From positions 100,192,001-100,256,000 of the forward strand of contig OZ241826.1 in the NCBI GenBank assembly GCA_965202585.1: a DNA stretch of 64,000 nucleotides, written 5' to 3'. The notes under the pieces are model-generated. The model was given only the letters and a program-made list of their open reading frames with translations, ran no database searches and was not told the origin of the DNA. The stretch comes from Thalia democratica. Lineage: Eukaryota. The stretch's first letter is position 1; every line of letters starts with the position of its first letter. This document shows positions 1 through 15,403 of the stretch, one piece after another. The position numbers and the translations under genes were made by a program.

Positions 1-938
1 TAGTAAAACTTATATTACAAAAAAACTGAGTTATATGAATTTAATTATTATACCTTAGCAAGTTTTAAATTACATAGCTTATTATTTTTGATAAAAAGAT
101 CTGATTACTCATAGTTTACTAGCAACTTCTAAATAAATTTAAAATTTTCTTAATTTTTGTTATATACAACATGTTTTTTATAAAAAGGTTTAACATGTTT
201 GTATTTTGAGACCTAAAAGAAGTTTAAAAACTAATATAGTAAAAACTAAAAATTTTCCTTCATAAAAACGACCAAATTGATATTAATTAATATTAATTAA
301 AGACATTTTAATTTGAGTTCAACAAATTAACAGTTAAAAATATTATTACCTGAAACTTTTAAATGTTATGTTACTTACGTATAATAATGTCAGTAGGTTT
401 TTTAATTTACCAGTTTTACAAAGAAGCTTATTGCAAATCCATTAAAAATTTTAGTAAATACAGTTCATTTGATAATTTATGGGAATTATCTATGCATGTT
501 TATATTTCAGCATTCGAAGCTAAGGAGGCTTTTTATAAAAATAGTAGTAAATATAGTTTTCAACTTAGGTGTGCAAACTTCTAACTATCTATTGAACCAG
601 CTGATACTAGTGATATGTATTTACTAGTTAGTCAGCTTAACTAAATTTTTGAGTAGTCATGCAAAGTTACCTCATACTCAAGCTAGTTTAAAGTTATTTT
701 GACACTTTTTGAAAAATAAAGTGTTATGAATAAAGTCCTTTTTTTTACCTTAAGTAAATTCAATATGAATTTTTTTATTTCTTTGTTTTTAATAAGTTGA
801 GAACACTTTATGTAATTGTAAGATTATCTTTTATTCATGTGGCAATTTATTTTTAATGTGTTGATCAGGCAAATGATTTTTCAACGTTGAACTAGCCAAT
901 TTTTAGGTAATACTTTTTGTTTATTGACTAGCTATACT

Positions 939-2660
939 CAGGGTTTCCGCACACTCAGGGTATTCAGGATACTTTAAAACTCTATGAAATTTCAGAGAGA
1001 CTTAACCCAGGATATTTTGTTTCATTTTTTAAACACAGGGTTACTATGAACAGTTTTGAGTTTTATAAAATTTTCAGAATAGTTTAATTAATTTTAGAAC
1101 TAATTTTTTTCTAGATCTAGAATGAAAGTACTTTCTTCAGTTTCAGTATTTATTTTATATATATTATTTTGTCAAGAGAATTGCTTTAATTGATTAAATT
1201 TTCCACAGAGATCACTTTTGCACGAAGATAACTTTGGAAAAAGGGTCAATTTTGCACAGAGGGTCAGTTTTCTACTGAATTGAAAATCAGAAAAATACTA
1301 AAAAATCCATGACTAAGGGTTAGGAGTAATCTTAACAGTTAGAGTAAAAAATTAAAAAAATAAGAAAAATGTAAAAAACAGTAGTAGAAAATAATTTACT
1401 AACCAAGGGCTAGGTAAATATCAGGGAACTACTTAGTTTATAAAAATGCACAAGTTCTACCAAATCAAATTCAAGAAGTTGTTACAAACCAAAGGTTAGG
1501 GGAAATAGTGAAAGTAAAAATTAAATAAAAATACCAAAAATTCAAACGGATTGAAATTTTGTGGTGGGAAACAATACACCAAAGTTTTGTTAGCATACTT
1601 TAGTCTAATAGTATAAAACATGTCTTTTTGCTAAAGTTTTTCGTGCAAAAATGACCTTTTGCAAAAGTTTTCTTATGTGCAAATTTGGCATCTACATTCA
1701 AATAAACCAACCAAATTCTCATATTTATAAAAGTACATTTTTAGTTTTTGATGCAAAAACAAGTTACTGACTTTTAAAAAAATAACTACAGAAGTTAGTA
1801 TTATTTTATTTATTTTTACATTATTTAGTTTGCAAAAATGTTTATCAAAGCTCTATTGAATTGATTGTTTTATTATATTTTCACTTTGATTTAAAAAAAT
1901 ACTGGTTTAAGAAAGTTTGTATTACCAATTCAGAACACATAAAAATATTATTGTTAAAGCTAAAGGGGGGCTAGCATTATTTTTGAATGTTAATCTCAAT
2001 TATGGAGACATTTGTGACAATTTGATAAATTTAAATTATTTTTTGAGATAATAGCAATTAAATTAGTTGAGCTTAATTAGCTCTTAAAAGGAAGGATCAA
2101 ACACAGTGAAAAAGCAAATTTTATTAATAATCTATTTTCACCTCTATTTTTAGGCAATAGTCTTAAACATTTTATATTAAGTCCATTACTTATAACTACA
2201 TTTTTAATAGTGAAATTATTTAAGTTAAAAAAATTAAGTTTTATAAAAATAAATACCTTCTTATTTTATTGGTTGATTTATTCTTTTAATTTTTGTTAAG
2301 TAAAATAGTAAAACTTTTGATTTATTTGAAACTATTACAAAATTTACAATGTCCAGGGATACCACACAATTAGGATACTCAGGGAAACTAAGTTAATATT
2401 AAAAATCTAAAAGATATCAGGGAAACTCAGGATGTTTTGAAATATAATGAAAGCTCCGAGAGACTCTTGGAAACTCATTACAACTTAAGTATTTTCTCTT
2501 TTTTTTAAACATTGGACAACTCAGGGCAGTTTTAATTTTTGTATAAAAATCTCAGAATTATTTTTTTATCTCAGCAAAGACTTTTCTGTAGATCTAAAAT
2601 GAGATTTGTTTTATTTAGTTTGAATTTTTATTATTCTGAGTATCTAATTTTGTTCAAGAA
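939..2660 (+). repeat. Two diverged direct copies (about 939-1150 and 2354-2660) of a DNA-transposon-end-like repeat
   Basis: Both start with CAGGG(T/A)T and carry repeated 'ctcaggga' motifs. They share downstream blocks (tcagaat...tagatcta(g/a)aatga). Confidence 0.45.
1205..1690. mobile_element. Decayed MITE-like element with modular inverted ends
   Basis: Left end has 'gatcacttttgcacga' and 'agagggtca' modules; right end has the inverted 'tcgtgcaaaaatgacc'. The interior has repeated ggttagg motifs. Modules resemble the arms of the 30.9-34.3 kb element. Confidence 0.45.
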
Positions 2661-5600
2661 TATGATTTTTATTTATTCAAAACTATTGAAATGATGCTTA
2701 TTAAACCTTTATGTACTTTTTTTTTTCTTTTAGTTATTGCAGGGTTTTCATTTCCCTTTACGTTCACTTGAAATTTGCATTATTTAAAAAAATTTCTAGA
2801 AAAAGTTAAAATAATTTATATAAAACCTTAAACTTTTAATTAAGTAATATTTTTTGTTTTGTGTTTAAAGTTTTTGTAATAGTATAAAAAAATTTTTTCA
2901 TAAATCTTACTATATTTAAGAGTTATAGCTAAATAAAAAGTAGAGTATTAAAACTATAACAAAATTTGTAGTATAAAACATGTTGTTTTAAATTGTGTGA
3001 AGGAAAAATTATATCAACAAATAAATATCTAAGTTTTAATACATGCTAATTTTTACTCAGGTAACTGTCACTTATCTTAGAACATTAATTGATTATGTTT
3101 ATTTTAGAGGTTAAAGCATGTAAGTCTAAGGTAAGTTGTTGTTTAATTTAATTTTACATTAAATTTTAAAGAAAAAGTTATCTTTTAGGTACTTAAATAG
3201 TTATATTTTTCACAAATGTTTGTTAAGTATGTTTATATTATTTTTTTAAAAACTATTAATTATTTTTGAATTACAAGGGTAAAAGCAGATAATACTTATT
3301 GATATTTCTCAATTAGTAGATTTCAAGTTTACTTTAGATGTGCTTATAATTTAGTAAGGTCTACTAATGATTTAACTTTTTTTTAAAATTTAAGTATGGA
3401 AATTTTGAAGGTTTCTTAAAAAAGTATAAGTTAGATATCACTATGGCTTAAATACATTATAAAATTCGTTATAAAGATTTTTTGGTAGACAAAAAATATT
3501 TTAAAAATATACAAAAAAACTTTCTGATAATTGTAAATAAAATAAAAAAAAATAGACATTAAGACTGTGAAACATTAAATCCTTACTTAAATGTAAAATT
3601 AGCAACTTTGACAATAAAGGTACCAATAAATTAATATATAAACTAAGATTTTAAAAATATTGATGAAAATTATGAACTGTAGCTTAATATAGCTGTCTAA
3701 AACACAATCTATCAGACAATTTTTATCATTAACTCGAAAAATTTGCTATTGTTTCATAGATATCTTTATAATTTTTTATGAAATTTTTGTTAATACACTG
3801 TTTTTGTCATTTTAAAATTTCATAGCTTCAAACTAAATGCAATTAACAGTTATCATTTGTGTCATTAACACAGGTAGGTTGCGATCGATAAGTGAAAAAA
3901 GAATGTGCAAAAGTATGCTGGGTATTGAAGAATGCCTGGCAATGAAGTGTAGAACAAACCCATAATGTGCAACACTTATCTAATACTCACTTCTAAATAT
4001 TTATAACAAAGTTAGTTTACTTTATAAAGCTAGTTATTTTTTTAAATAAAGCTAAAACAATTGTTTTTAGTAATCTTAGCAAAATAATAACTTTTAGGCA
4101 GTTTAAATGCTTTAAAATTTTCAGAATCTTAGTTTATATCAGTTCATATACTTGGAAATTTTAGTTTATGAAAACTTTAATGATCTTTGGATTTTCATTA
4201 AACTGTAAGTTTCTTACTGAATATCATTTGACTTATCAGTACATATGTTTGAAAGTTTATAAAATTTAATAAAATACATTTAATGTAAGAAACTTTGTAA
4301 AAAAAAAAATATATTTTAATTTGATATCCAATCAATAAGTATATTTATAACAAATATATTTTTGTTAGGCCTGCTGACAACAAGTTAAAGAAGTTATTAT
4401 AACTTTAAAACCTTTTTTTCATAGTTTTTCCAATTTTTTTTTTTTTTATCAGTTTGGAATTACATTCTTTTCCAAAAAAACAAAACTTTGTTATCATTTT
4501 GATGAGAAAGCTGTCTAAAATTAAATCAAAAGCAGTTAGCTTCAAATACAATGTGCGATAAGTTATAATTTCAGTAAATTCTTACAACTGTTACAAACTG
4601 TTTTACTTTATTAGTGAATCAATTTATAATAAACAAATGCAAAATTAATGTTAAAAACCTTTTCAAAACATGTAATTTTACTACTTATTATTTATTATAA
4701 AATTAAACATTGTTGATATAATTTGTCTTAAATTAAAATTTTCTCTGCACATACCTCACTACAGCAATTATATTATTAAAATTTTTACTAAAAATATTTT
4801 TGTAAATTAAAGTTTTTTTGTTATTTTAACGAGATATTATATAATTGAAATGTACTTTTTTTGTAAAATATCATAAAAAAAAGTTTTCACATATTATAAA
4901 TTTACTGCAAAAATTATAAGTTTGAGTGTGTATTTAGTTAATAAAAATGTTTAAAACTATTAAAAATTTTAGAAAAAAGATATAATCTACTAAAGAAATT
5001 AAACAAATTGTAAAGTTTTAATATCTTTACATTGAGTGTCTTCACAAAGTTTAACCAAGTAAATTTTTTAATCAATAAAACACATGTAGCAGTGAATAAA
5101 TTAGTGAAATTTCAATATAAAACAATAATTATATATGAAATATATAACATAACGTACAACATATGGTATAGTTGTTATAAATATTTCAATATCTTATATT
5201 GATGTATAATATTTGCTTAAAAAATATAGTTCTTTATTATTATGCCTTTTTATAGAACACATTGTAATGAAAAAATTTATAAACAAAAATTTTACATAGT
5301 TATTAACTAACTTATTATGAATTTAAATTTACTATATAATAGCTATTGCTGCATATTAGTTACTTAAAACTCAAATAAATTTGTTTATATTTTGGGTTTC
5401 CCTTATGTAAAACAAAAAAACAGAAAGGAGCTATAAGAAACAAAACAAAAAAAACAAACACTACATATTTTGAAGCTTAATTAGAAATTGCATAAATAAA
5501 TTATGTGGGTTTTTTTTTTTGTTTGTTGGCTTATTTCTTTCTTTATTTGCGATTTCAATTTTTTCAAAAATAAACAACAAAGACAAATTTAGAGGATTTT

Positions 5601-8600
5601 GTTAGTTGCAAGTATGAACGATAATTGCTTTTTTCTGTAGACTTTCTAAACATAACTTGAAATTTTCTTGACAATCATTTGGTTTAATCAATTTTTACCA
5701 GATATTGAAGTTTTAGGCATGTAAAACATTTTATTACTATTTCAATCAGCGAGCTAACACTATAATTTGATACTATTCTGTATATAATTAAGTATATTTC
5801 TTATTTTTATATTAAGTTGCTTTGTGTTTTACATGTTTTCATTGGCATTTGCCATCAAGTAAAAAATTATCTGGTATTTTGCAAATACAATTTGTTTGTT
5901 ACTTACCCTGTTCTTGTTAAGTTCATTAATAACGGTTTTTAAGTTTAGAGTACATCAAAGTTAAATATTTAAATTTTATTGTAAACTAACGTAAGCATAA
6001 TGGTTGCTTAACTTAATTTGTTAGTTAGTGATATATGGAATCAGTTTTGTTTTAGTTTATTTTACAGAGGGTTGAACTAGATGCACCATTTTAGTTTTTT
6101 TTTAGTATTTAAGTAAACCTTGTTAAGCGCAGTTTGAAAGATATATATTTTTCAAAGTTTAATGCTTTTTACCTTTTGATGATTATTGAAAAAAAAAATT
6201 TAGGTAGTTGATTTTTATGGAACGTGGGAAAGTTTTTTAATGTGAGCTATTTTAGTGTTTGGCTGAGAATGCACAATGTTTTACTATAATCCTAATAAAG
6301 AACTGATTATTTAATATACTAACTACAGCTTTTATACACTAACTATTAAAGTTTATTATAAATCCTACTTTATTTTTTTAAATTTTTGTTTAAAATCTTT
6401 ATGCCTTTGTTTGAACTTACATTATTGTTTGTTGCAACGTGTATACTTTATTTTAAAACTATTATCATAATTCGCTTTATGAAATATTTTGGTTTTGATA
6501 AATTAAGTATCTTTGTGAAAGTATAGTTTTAACAAATATTAAATCCCATTATGTTTCAAAACTAAATATTAAACAACTTGAATACAAATAGTTTAACTTT
6601 TTACAATTAATTGAGCCCAAAATGTTTCATTAACTAAGAGGAAAAATATTTTAAGACTATATACATTTTATACTATTTTAACATATTCTTATTTGTATAC
6701 ATAGCTAAAATAAGATAAAAAAAATTATATGTATAGTAAGAAAGTAATCATAAAGTTAACGATTAAAAAAAATGACAAACATTTTAAACAATTGTTTATC
6801 AAAGTTAAAAAATGAAAACCACAAAACCGTAAAAAAACAATTAATTAAGGAAATAAAGAAACTGTATAACAATTTTTTTGTTTACATAAAATAAGGTTAC
6901 CTTTATGATTTATGATAAGCTTTGAATGTGAATAAATCAAATCATATTTTTAGTTTTTATTTATTTTTAAAATATCATATTTTTCATATGATAAAATATT
7001 TATAAAATCTTCTGCAGTAGGCAAGTGTTTTGAAGTATTCAAATTTTTAACATGTTCAGTTTCTTTATTTTCTGAACTGAAAAATCTTTTCGTTCGTTGG
7101 GACATCTTGTTTTATTTATTTTTGTTGCTTTAATAAATTTTCTGTATATATATATAAAATATCATTTTAAAAAATTTCAATGCAATTGTAAAATTTGGTA
7201 GAAATAAAAAATAAAATCATGCGTTGTCTTTACAATTTTCTTAAATTTTAGCAGTTACACTAATAAAAGACATTTCTAAGATTTAATAGATATTTTTAAA
7301 AATCTTATTTTGTATGCGCTTTATGTTTAACTTTGTTAAATGTTATCAGGTTTATTACTAAAAGCTTGGAAAAATCATTTTGGTGCTGCATATTCGATTA
7401 ATTTGAAATGGGCAGATTGCTAACAGTGAAAAACATAAGTTCTGAAGAAAACTCAAAGTAGATAACTTAAGAAAGGTAAAAGTTTTAAGTATATAAAATA
7501 GTCTGCAAATATATATTTTTCCTGTAACTTTATGTTAAATATTTTGAGTTAAGTGCAATAAAAATAAAAAAGCTGTTACTTTTGTTTACAGCTGGTAACT
7601 TGTATTTAAATAAAAACATCTTAAAAATCTATTTTTTGTAAAAAAAAATGTAGTACATTTAAATTGTTAAACAATTTATTTTAAATTTCTTTTATAAATC
7701 TAAATAAAAATTTCGATAAGTTTACGACGAAAATCCAAACTTTACAACTCTCCGGCAGCAATTGGCAACAGCAAGTTTTTATTACACCTCAGCTAACTGC
7801 TTTGTTTAAAGAAAATACAAAATAGGTTTGTTCATTTATTAAGTTTATCTTCGGAAATAGTTTTTATTATTATAAAAAAATTAATTTGATATCCTAAAAC
7901 ACATCTCTGATTTTTATTATTCATAATCTTGTTATAACTATATGACTAAAACGGCTGATTGTATACTTTATTGATTTATAGAATTATGATATTACTATGT
8001 ACTTGTTACTTACAAACTCACTATATTTGCATATCACATAGAAATATATTCAAATTTTAAACTTAATTGATTTTATTATTTCAAATTTTTTTGATTTAAA
8101 AATATTTTGCTTAAACTTAATTCAATGTTACAAAATATATTTAATATATTATCTAGTTTTTATTCTTAAATGTGACAGTTGTTTTGTTAAAAACTTAAAA
8201 ATTATTTTTTTTACTAAAATAACCTTATTTACAAATGAAAAGGTTTGTCTAATTAGTTTATTTTCATAAAAAACGTTTGTAGATATTTGTCGACAAAGTT
8301 AAAGTCAAGAGATGTTATTAACTGATATCGGTAGGGCTTTTATAGATTTTTTTATAACTTTTTAAGTACATTTTTCTCATTAGGTTGTAGATACTAGATA
8401 CTAAAAGTTATAAGTTGACGATTGAAACTTATTTTTTACTGTGTACAAGTCAAAAATGCTCTACTCAGTTAGTTTAAGTTTGTAATATTCGTTTTGCTTG
8501 CGTGTTTTTTTATTTGCCGTTTTCATGTAAACGTAGTTTGCTAAGAAGCAGGTAGATTTTTATAAAACAGTCATATGGTTTAGAGTTACAGATTATTGTA

Positions 8601-11600
8601 AAGATTTTCCCTTTTACACGATTCAACTAAACATTTAACTAAGCATTTATAGAAGAAATAAAGGTACTTAAAGTTTCTAAAAATATTTGATGGTAGTACC
8701 TTTTTGTCTAATGTTTTGAAGCGTGTATTTACAATTACTTATTATAAATCATATTGGTACACAGAGCTTAAGAACTGCAAAAATGTATAATTTAAATTTT
8801 TGATCCCAATTTCAACTAAGAAAACAAAAGAGTTTCCCAAACTTATTTTCATAACACCCCACTTTGCACAAAAACAAAAGTTAGTATTGTTAATAAGTTT
8901 AATTTTTCTAAAAAATCTCCCAGGTCCAACCTTGACGATCATCTAGACTTCTGGAACTTAAGGAACATGTTATGGTCAACCAACAACAATGAGTGTGATC
9001 AACAGCTACACCTAAAATAACTTTCATGTTACACTATATGAAGCATTCGTAGTTGTTGTTAAAATGTCTGTCAAAGATACGATGGACCATATAAAAAAAG
9101 GTTTGTTTATTTATATGGATTTTGATAAAATTTTATTTCTGTTAAAGATGTTTCATTGCAAAGACTCGTAACACGATTCTTTTTTATTTTTTACCAATAG
9201 CTTACAATGTTTCGAACCATTTTGTTCTAATATAAACTATTGAACTAAAGTTACACTAATACAAGTTATTACTATATGTTTGTTCCATGAAAACTTTAAA
9301 TTTTCGTATAATAAATTGATATATATCTTAAAGTTCTACTGAAGTTTTAATTTAAGTCTGAGATATATCTCGAAATACTTTTCTTATAACATTTGTGTAT
9401 TTTTGATATTTTTTGTGTTCACATATAAGCTTAAAAAACCTAGATGGTTTTGTTTTTAACTTTATTTCATATCAATAGGTTGATTTTAACTATTAAATTA
9501 GATAGTTTTTTTTTTCATTAGTTCAACGAAGGTATTTTATATAAAATATAGTTATTTAAATCTGTAAAGGTTATCGTTGTAACTGTTTATGGTACCAAAA
9601 TTTGTAAAATTTAATTTGAAAAAATTTAAGCTGAGAAAACTTATTATGTAATTAATAATACTATGAACATGATATTAGTGATAATAGTTTTTAAAATTTA
9701 CAGTTGTTTTAGTGGTAGCTTTTAGTAATCAACTTAATCAGAAAATTGAGTTTATAGTTAAATTTATTATTTCAATAAGTGAATATGTATTTTTTCTTAT
9801 TAGAAACCAGAGATGTAGACTTTAAAAGAAGAAGTTGAGGAAGTTAACAGTATTTTACAGTTTCCAGTTTCTTTTTAATTACAGTATAGTTTTCATTTTT
9901 GGTTTCTGAATCTTGGTTTTTATATTAAATGATCAATATTTTTTATATGCATTTTTGTTTTGCCTTTGTCAGTTAGTATGGTTTGTGTTTAGTTTTTTTT
10001 TTAATTTGTTTTCAAACATGGTTTAAACATATGCAAAAAGTAAAGTAAGTTTAGTTTAATAATAATTTAACTCATTTCTTATATTGGTGCTAAATCTTAA
10101 TAAAATAGGCAATTAATAACATTTACTTTTATTTTCACATAAACAATGTTTAGTGTTATATATTGAATGCCAATAGATGATGTTATAACTATTTTATTGT
10201 AACTTGATATATTGAATATCGTCTATTTAACAATCGTTTTAATAAAGAAGATATTTGCAACTTTGTATATTGTAGGTTTTTAAATCCTAGTAATATTCGT
10301 TTATATTTCTTTTGCAGCCTTACTAATAACGTTAGTAATACGTAGTTAAAGATTACTGTGAACCTGTAGAGAAGCAAACTTTTTGCAACAAGTAGAGTTG
10401 TAATGAGAGAATCTTTTGAATTTTGTATTGAGCTTACGTATTTTATTTGGTATAAATACCTAATTTCACTAACAAAACAATTTGCAAAGAAATAAGACAC
10501 TTAACTAGAATAATACGTTGCCGAAATGAAAAATTACCAGTTATATTGTTATCAACATAACTTTACCTTGTTAATAATTCAAGTATACACTAAACCATGA
10601 TATCTTTTATCTCTTGATTTTAATTTTTAGTAGAGTTTTAGCTTTCAACTTTTTTAAAGTATGTTTTTAGAATTTTACCTCAGAAAAATAGCACTATGAG
10701 TAAAATTTGTAACAGAGGAAAATAATACTTTTAGCAGTGCCTTAGAAATATAAACTAGAAGTTTGTTTTCAACTTAAGTTTTTTAAATGAAAATATGATT
10801 GCCAACCTATAAAATTTCCTTCTAAAAATTGGAAAATAGAAATTTTTCAATATTAATCGTGTGTTTTTCTAGAAACAAATAAGATATGTACTTTTTGTTT
10901 TCGATGATTATATGTTTTTACATAACCTTTTATTTGTTTATCTTTTGTTTTTATTTACTTGATTGACAAAAGACCTAATATATCTATTAAATAATATTAA
11001 AATACAATATTTATAAACTTTAGTATTGTATTTTTGTACATAATTTTAGCTAAAAAACAATAAAATTCTAATATGAGAATGTTTTGTTAAATAAAAATTT
11101 TTGGTCATAAAATAACTAGGTTTGCAAATCACATACTTAAGTAGTGACAATTATGTTATAGAACATAATGGCCTTAAAACGAGTATAATGTAGAAAAAAA
11201 ACCTGTAATTGGAAATAAAAAACTATAAAAGAAAAAAACTATATAAAGTAAACAAATATTTTAATTAGCTAGGATTCTATCTTTTTAACAGTTGTACTTT
11301 TTTTTGCCTTAAGTAACTCAAACATTGTTCTTAGTTAAAAGTAGATAATTTTTTTTTACTTTTGAAAAAAAAAATACTCATTATTCTCTTTAATTTTTTC
11401 TAAAAATAGTTTCTAGAACAACAAAAAATATAATAAAAAAACATGCATTTTGACATTTTTAGCATATTTCCTTAATATAATATAGTGTCTATTCAAAAAC
11501 TTCATAAACTATAAGGAAAATACATAACATCAAAGCAGTGTATTTTTAAAAATATTTTTTTCTTCGGGTTTTATAAAGAATTAAAATATATTTTTAAGAA

Positions 11601-12552
11601 TTTAGTTTTAAAAAATTAATTTTTCTAAGGTTTTTAGACATTTATTTTGAGCTATTTTGTTATAAAAGGTAGAAACTAAGAATATTAGAGGTTTTCTAGT
11701 TTTTATTTGGATTATGCGACTTTGAATTTGGTGCTAAATGGTACAAGAGGCACCCTTGAAAACTTGTAAAAAATATTTTTTTTAATTAAAAATAAGCTTA
11801 AATACTTAAAATTTTCGAATTTTTGAATTTTTTTCATGATACACTACCACAACAAGTACAAATAGTAAACTATATTGCTTTTTATTATTACTTGATGTGT
11901 CTCAAGTACCTCAATTTGCAGACCTTAATTTTGACATTATTTTTGTAGTATATTCATAATTCTGAGCTCTTTTAAGTAATAAAAGTTAAAAAAATTTTTG
12001 CCGAAATAAATCATACATAATTTTTAAATTAAAATTCAAGTTTAGATTAAAGAACTTATTCTAATTTTTAGTCATTGTAAGTAGTACGCTTGCCAAAACA
12101 CTCTGTATAAAAAAAAAAAATTATTGTTTAAAAAAAAAAACTTAAATTTGTATAATATATTTACAAACTTTACAAAGTATATTAATATGAAAAAAAAGTT
12201 TTATTTAGCTATAAGAAATGAACAACAAAAATTTTTGTTTTTGTAAAATAAGAAGCATATATAGTATTTCAATTACATTTCCAATACTTTGGCATTTTTA
12301 TCATTTTTGTTTTAAATACAATAAATGTTAGAAAATTATTATCAAGAATAAACAAATATTTTATAATTGATTTATTATATCAAAAATTGAAAAACAGAAG
12401 CTGAAATTTTTGTATAAACTATTATATCTTAATAACACAAAACGTAGGTTGTGTTATGTTATTATATTATTAACCTTTGTTAACCTACCTTTCTTGTATT
12501 TTCTTTACAAAAACAAAAGATGTTTCGAAAAATCTAAGAGTTTGTTGCATAC

Positions 12553-12618
12553 TTTAGTTCAAATCGATTTTGGACAACAGTCTTTCTTCAGTGAACTTAA
12601 ACTATTCTGAAACTAAAA
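12553..12618 (-). ncRNA. Decayed hammerhead-ribozyme-like motif in the 3' end of the Penelope-like element
   Basis: Minus strand reads TTTAG-TT...ttaagttca-CTGAAGA-aagactgttgtccaaaatcgattt-GAA-CTAAA. The CUGANGA core and stem III complementarity remain. GAAA is reduced to GAA and stems I/II are eroded. Confidence 0.35.
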
Positions 12619-15000
12619 TTATTCTGAATAAAACTATCCTGTTAAAAACTGGTTGTTGTGAAATTTTTTGTTTTTTAAGTCTGTATTATCTTTCAAAAGG
12701 CAGTTTTGCTTTATTTATGTTTATTCTTGCTTGTAACAAACTAACCCATTTACTCTCTGAATAATTTAAGTTCTAATGGTTGCTTGTTGAGACTGTAAAA
12801 GTGATTGAATATGCATCTTCAAAGGTTTTGCTCAATGTTGGATGCTTGTTGGCATAGTGAAGTTTGAGTGCAGCTCGATCATTTATCTCGCTGGTGGTCA
12901 TGTTCTTCAAGTTATGTCTGTGAGAGCACCATCTTTGGGAAAAAGAAGTAATTTTCTATCCCACATAGTTCTCATCACAGACATTAAACTTCGCCACATA
13001 AATCTCAAAATTTTTTCAACTCAATTCTTTTTTAATCTGAAATTTATTACCAGTTGATTTTACCAAGTAAGTTTTTCTCCCCTACTTTTTCTTCTACTTA
13101 CTACCCTGGTTGCATAATGAACATTTTTAAAAAGAGTGGAATCCACTAATTGCTTAACTATTGTCATGGGCTTGGATATTATAGTTTGTTGATAGTGCCG
13201 CTATTGTTGGTGGACGTTTATATGCCACTAAAACATTTGGGTTTAATTGTGATTCTTTCTTGGTGAGTAAAGTAGTTTCGAAAAGTTTGTCGTCCAAACA
13301 GTTATATTCTCGTTAATTTCTCTTGACTTCTTCATTCGAGGTCCAAACCGATCTTTCCATACTGCTGTGATACTAATCATATCATCAACTAAAGCTTTAC
13401 AGAAGCAAGACTTTAAACATTTATCTTTTAAAACTTTATTGTTTTTATATAATCACTGTCATGTTTGCACAATTTTCTTAGTCTTATTGACTCTCCATGT
13501 ACAATTGATTTGTAAATGGAGCGTGGACGATGTGATTTTCCATTTACAAATACACAATTTTTTGCGGTTGGTTTTTTGTAATTATTTACATAAAACCCGC
13601 CTATTTCTGTCTTGTCAATAACATCCAAAAACTCCAGTTCGTGACTATCATTTTTTTTTTAATTTGTCTAAAAACTAGCTTTAGATTGTGTTCTAAAAAG
13701 TACATTTCAATCGTCTTTTAAAATTATCTGTAATATCTGATGTCTCTGATAAAAAGACAATATAATCAATGTAGCGTTTTAAGAGTTTTTTAGTTTTTAT
13801 TGTAAGAGTAACTGGCATTATAACGTGGTGCAGTGCAATATTTGCAATTAACACTGAGTTGTTGTCACGAGTTATAATTTGTTGTTGTCACCTTTGGATT
13901 GTTTGTAGAAGGAATTGCCGTTTTTAACTACAGTATTTTTAAGACAGAAGTTTGTGAGGTCTATCAGAATTTTTCTGGTTTCTTTGGTGTAGTTTGTGCA
14001 TTTTTAGAGAGTTTTTGAAATACTTGCTTTTATTAGTTCTCGGGTTAAGTTAAGGTACAAGCTTTGAACGTCTATAGCTACTAAGTTAAGAGTTTCATAT
14101 TTATTTCTTGTATTGTTTAAATTATTTTTTTCAGTTAGCTAACTCTATGAATATGTTTTACTAACCTTGCAATATTTATTTACATTATGTTTACAAAAAT
14201 TTGTTAAAATTGTTTGAAAAATTAACCTTAAAAAGGTGGTGGTAATTTTACCTGCAGACAGCACTAGGCGAACGAATATGTCAAGCACTCTTGTTTATTT
14301 ATTTTAGAACTTTTCATTCTGTGTGTTTTAAATAGAGGGTAGGCGTAGGTTGGGTCATTACATTGAACTTTTTTGCTAGTGTACTTTTGATTTTTTTGTA
14401 GATTTCGTTTTCAAATGTTATTCCGACTGTGAGTTTTAAGATATTTTCATCTATGAAATTGAGTTTGTGTAATTAATAATAAAATCTTTAACTTTATTAC
14501 ATATATTTTTAAAATGTTATTTACTGTTATTTCAGTTCAGTGCTGATCTTTTCAAAGAGTTTAAGTTTGCGAATAATTTTAAGTTTGTGATCATCATGGT
14601 TTAAAATAATCAACTTTCCATCTTTGTCTGATTTACAAATCACTATTTCTTTATTTTTCACTTATGTACTTCAATCATATAAACCAGCTCCAAGTTTAGG
14701 ATTCAAATTTTTTTTTTAATCTTTATTTACTAGTTCTTTTAAATTTTTTACTTTACTTTTAACCTTACTACAATAAGTTTTAATTTGATAGTCAACTTGT
14801 ACATTCTAAGGTCGATTGTACTTTTGTATTTTTAATTTTGTCGGTAAATTAATTTGCTGTTTTTTAGGTTATTTAAAGCTCAATTATGTTAAATGCATAA
14901 GTGTATATTAAATGATTGATACTCATTGGTATCATAATAACATTAAAAGATTATTCAAAATGAAGAGTGGCCACTGCTTTTGGAAAATTATTATACATAA
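12553..15000 (-). mobile_element. Degenerate Penelope-like retroelement (RT + GIY-YIG endonuclease)
   Basis: Minus-strand frames with stops and frameshifts give ICKSDKDGKLIILN, KRYIDYIVFL (RT YIDD-like) and HRPRSIYKSIVHGESIRLRKLC (ORF track 13428-13628). The C-terminus reads RHNLKN..NDRAALKLHYANKH and KWVSLLQARININKAKLPFER*, with the stop at 12686-12688. Confidence 0.85.
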
Positions 15001-15403
15001 TACTTGTTTATCATTCAGAAATTTTTTACCGAAATTTCGTTTATTGACTAATATTTAATAGTTTTAGTTTAAAGTTGTTTTAATAATATATTAGATGCTT
15101 TTGTTATAGTTTTTTTTTAATAATTTTATATTTTAGATTTATAAACAAATATAACGTTTCATTATAACAACTGATAAATACAAAGGGCAAAATAAATACC
15201 TTAATACAAGTAAAAAGTAGTAAATTAAGCTAGCCACTGGCTATTATTACAAGAAACAAGTGTTAAATCCAGAAATAAAACTCGCTAATTTATTTGTACT
15301 ACTTTATTAACGTAACTTTGTAGTTAATCAAAAGTAAAATACTTAACCTTTTTTTTTTTTGAAAAAAATATTACAATTTACTCAGTGAATTTATAATTGA
15401 CTT

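Noticed and set aside
3887-3966. Exon-like frame LRSISEKRMCKSMLGIEECLAMKCRTNP*
   Set aside because: It is a single short frame with no partner exons or recognisable family, and may be a transposase remnant.
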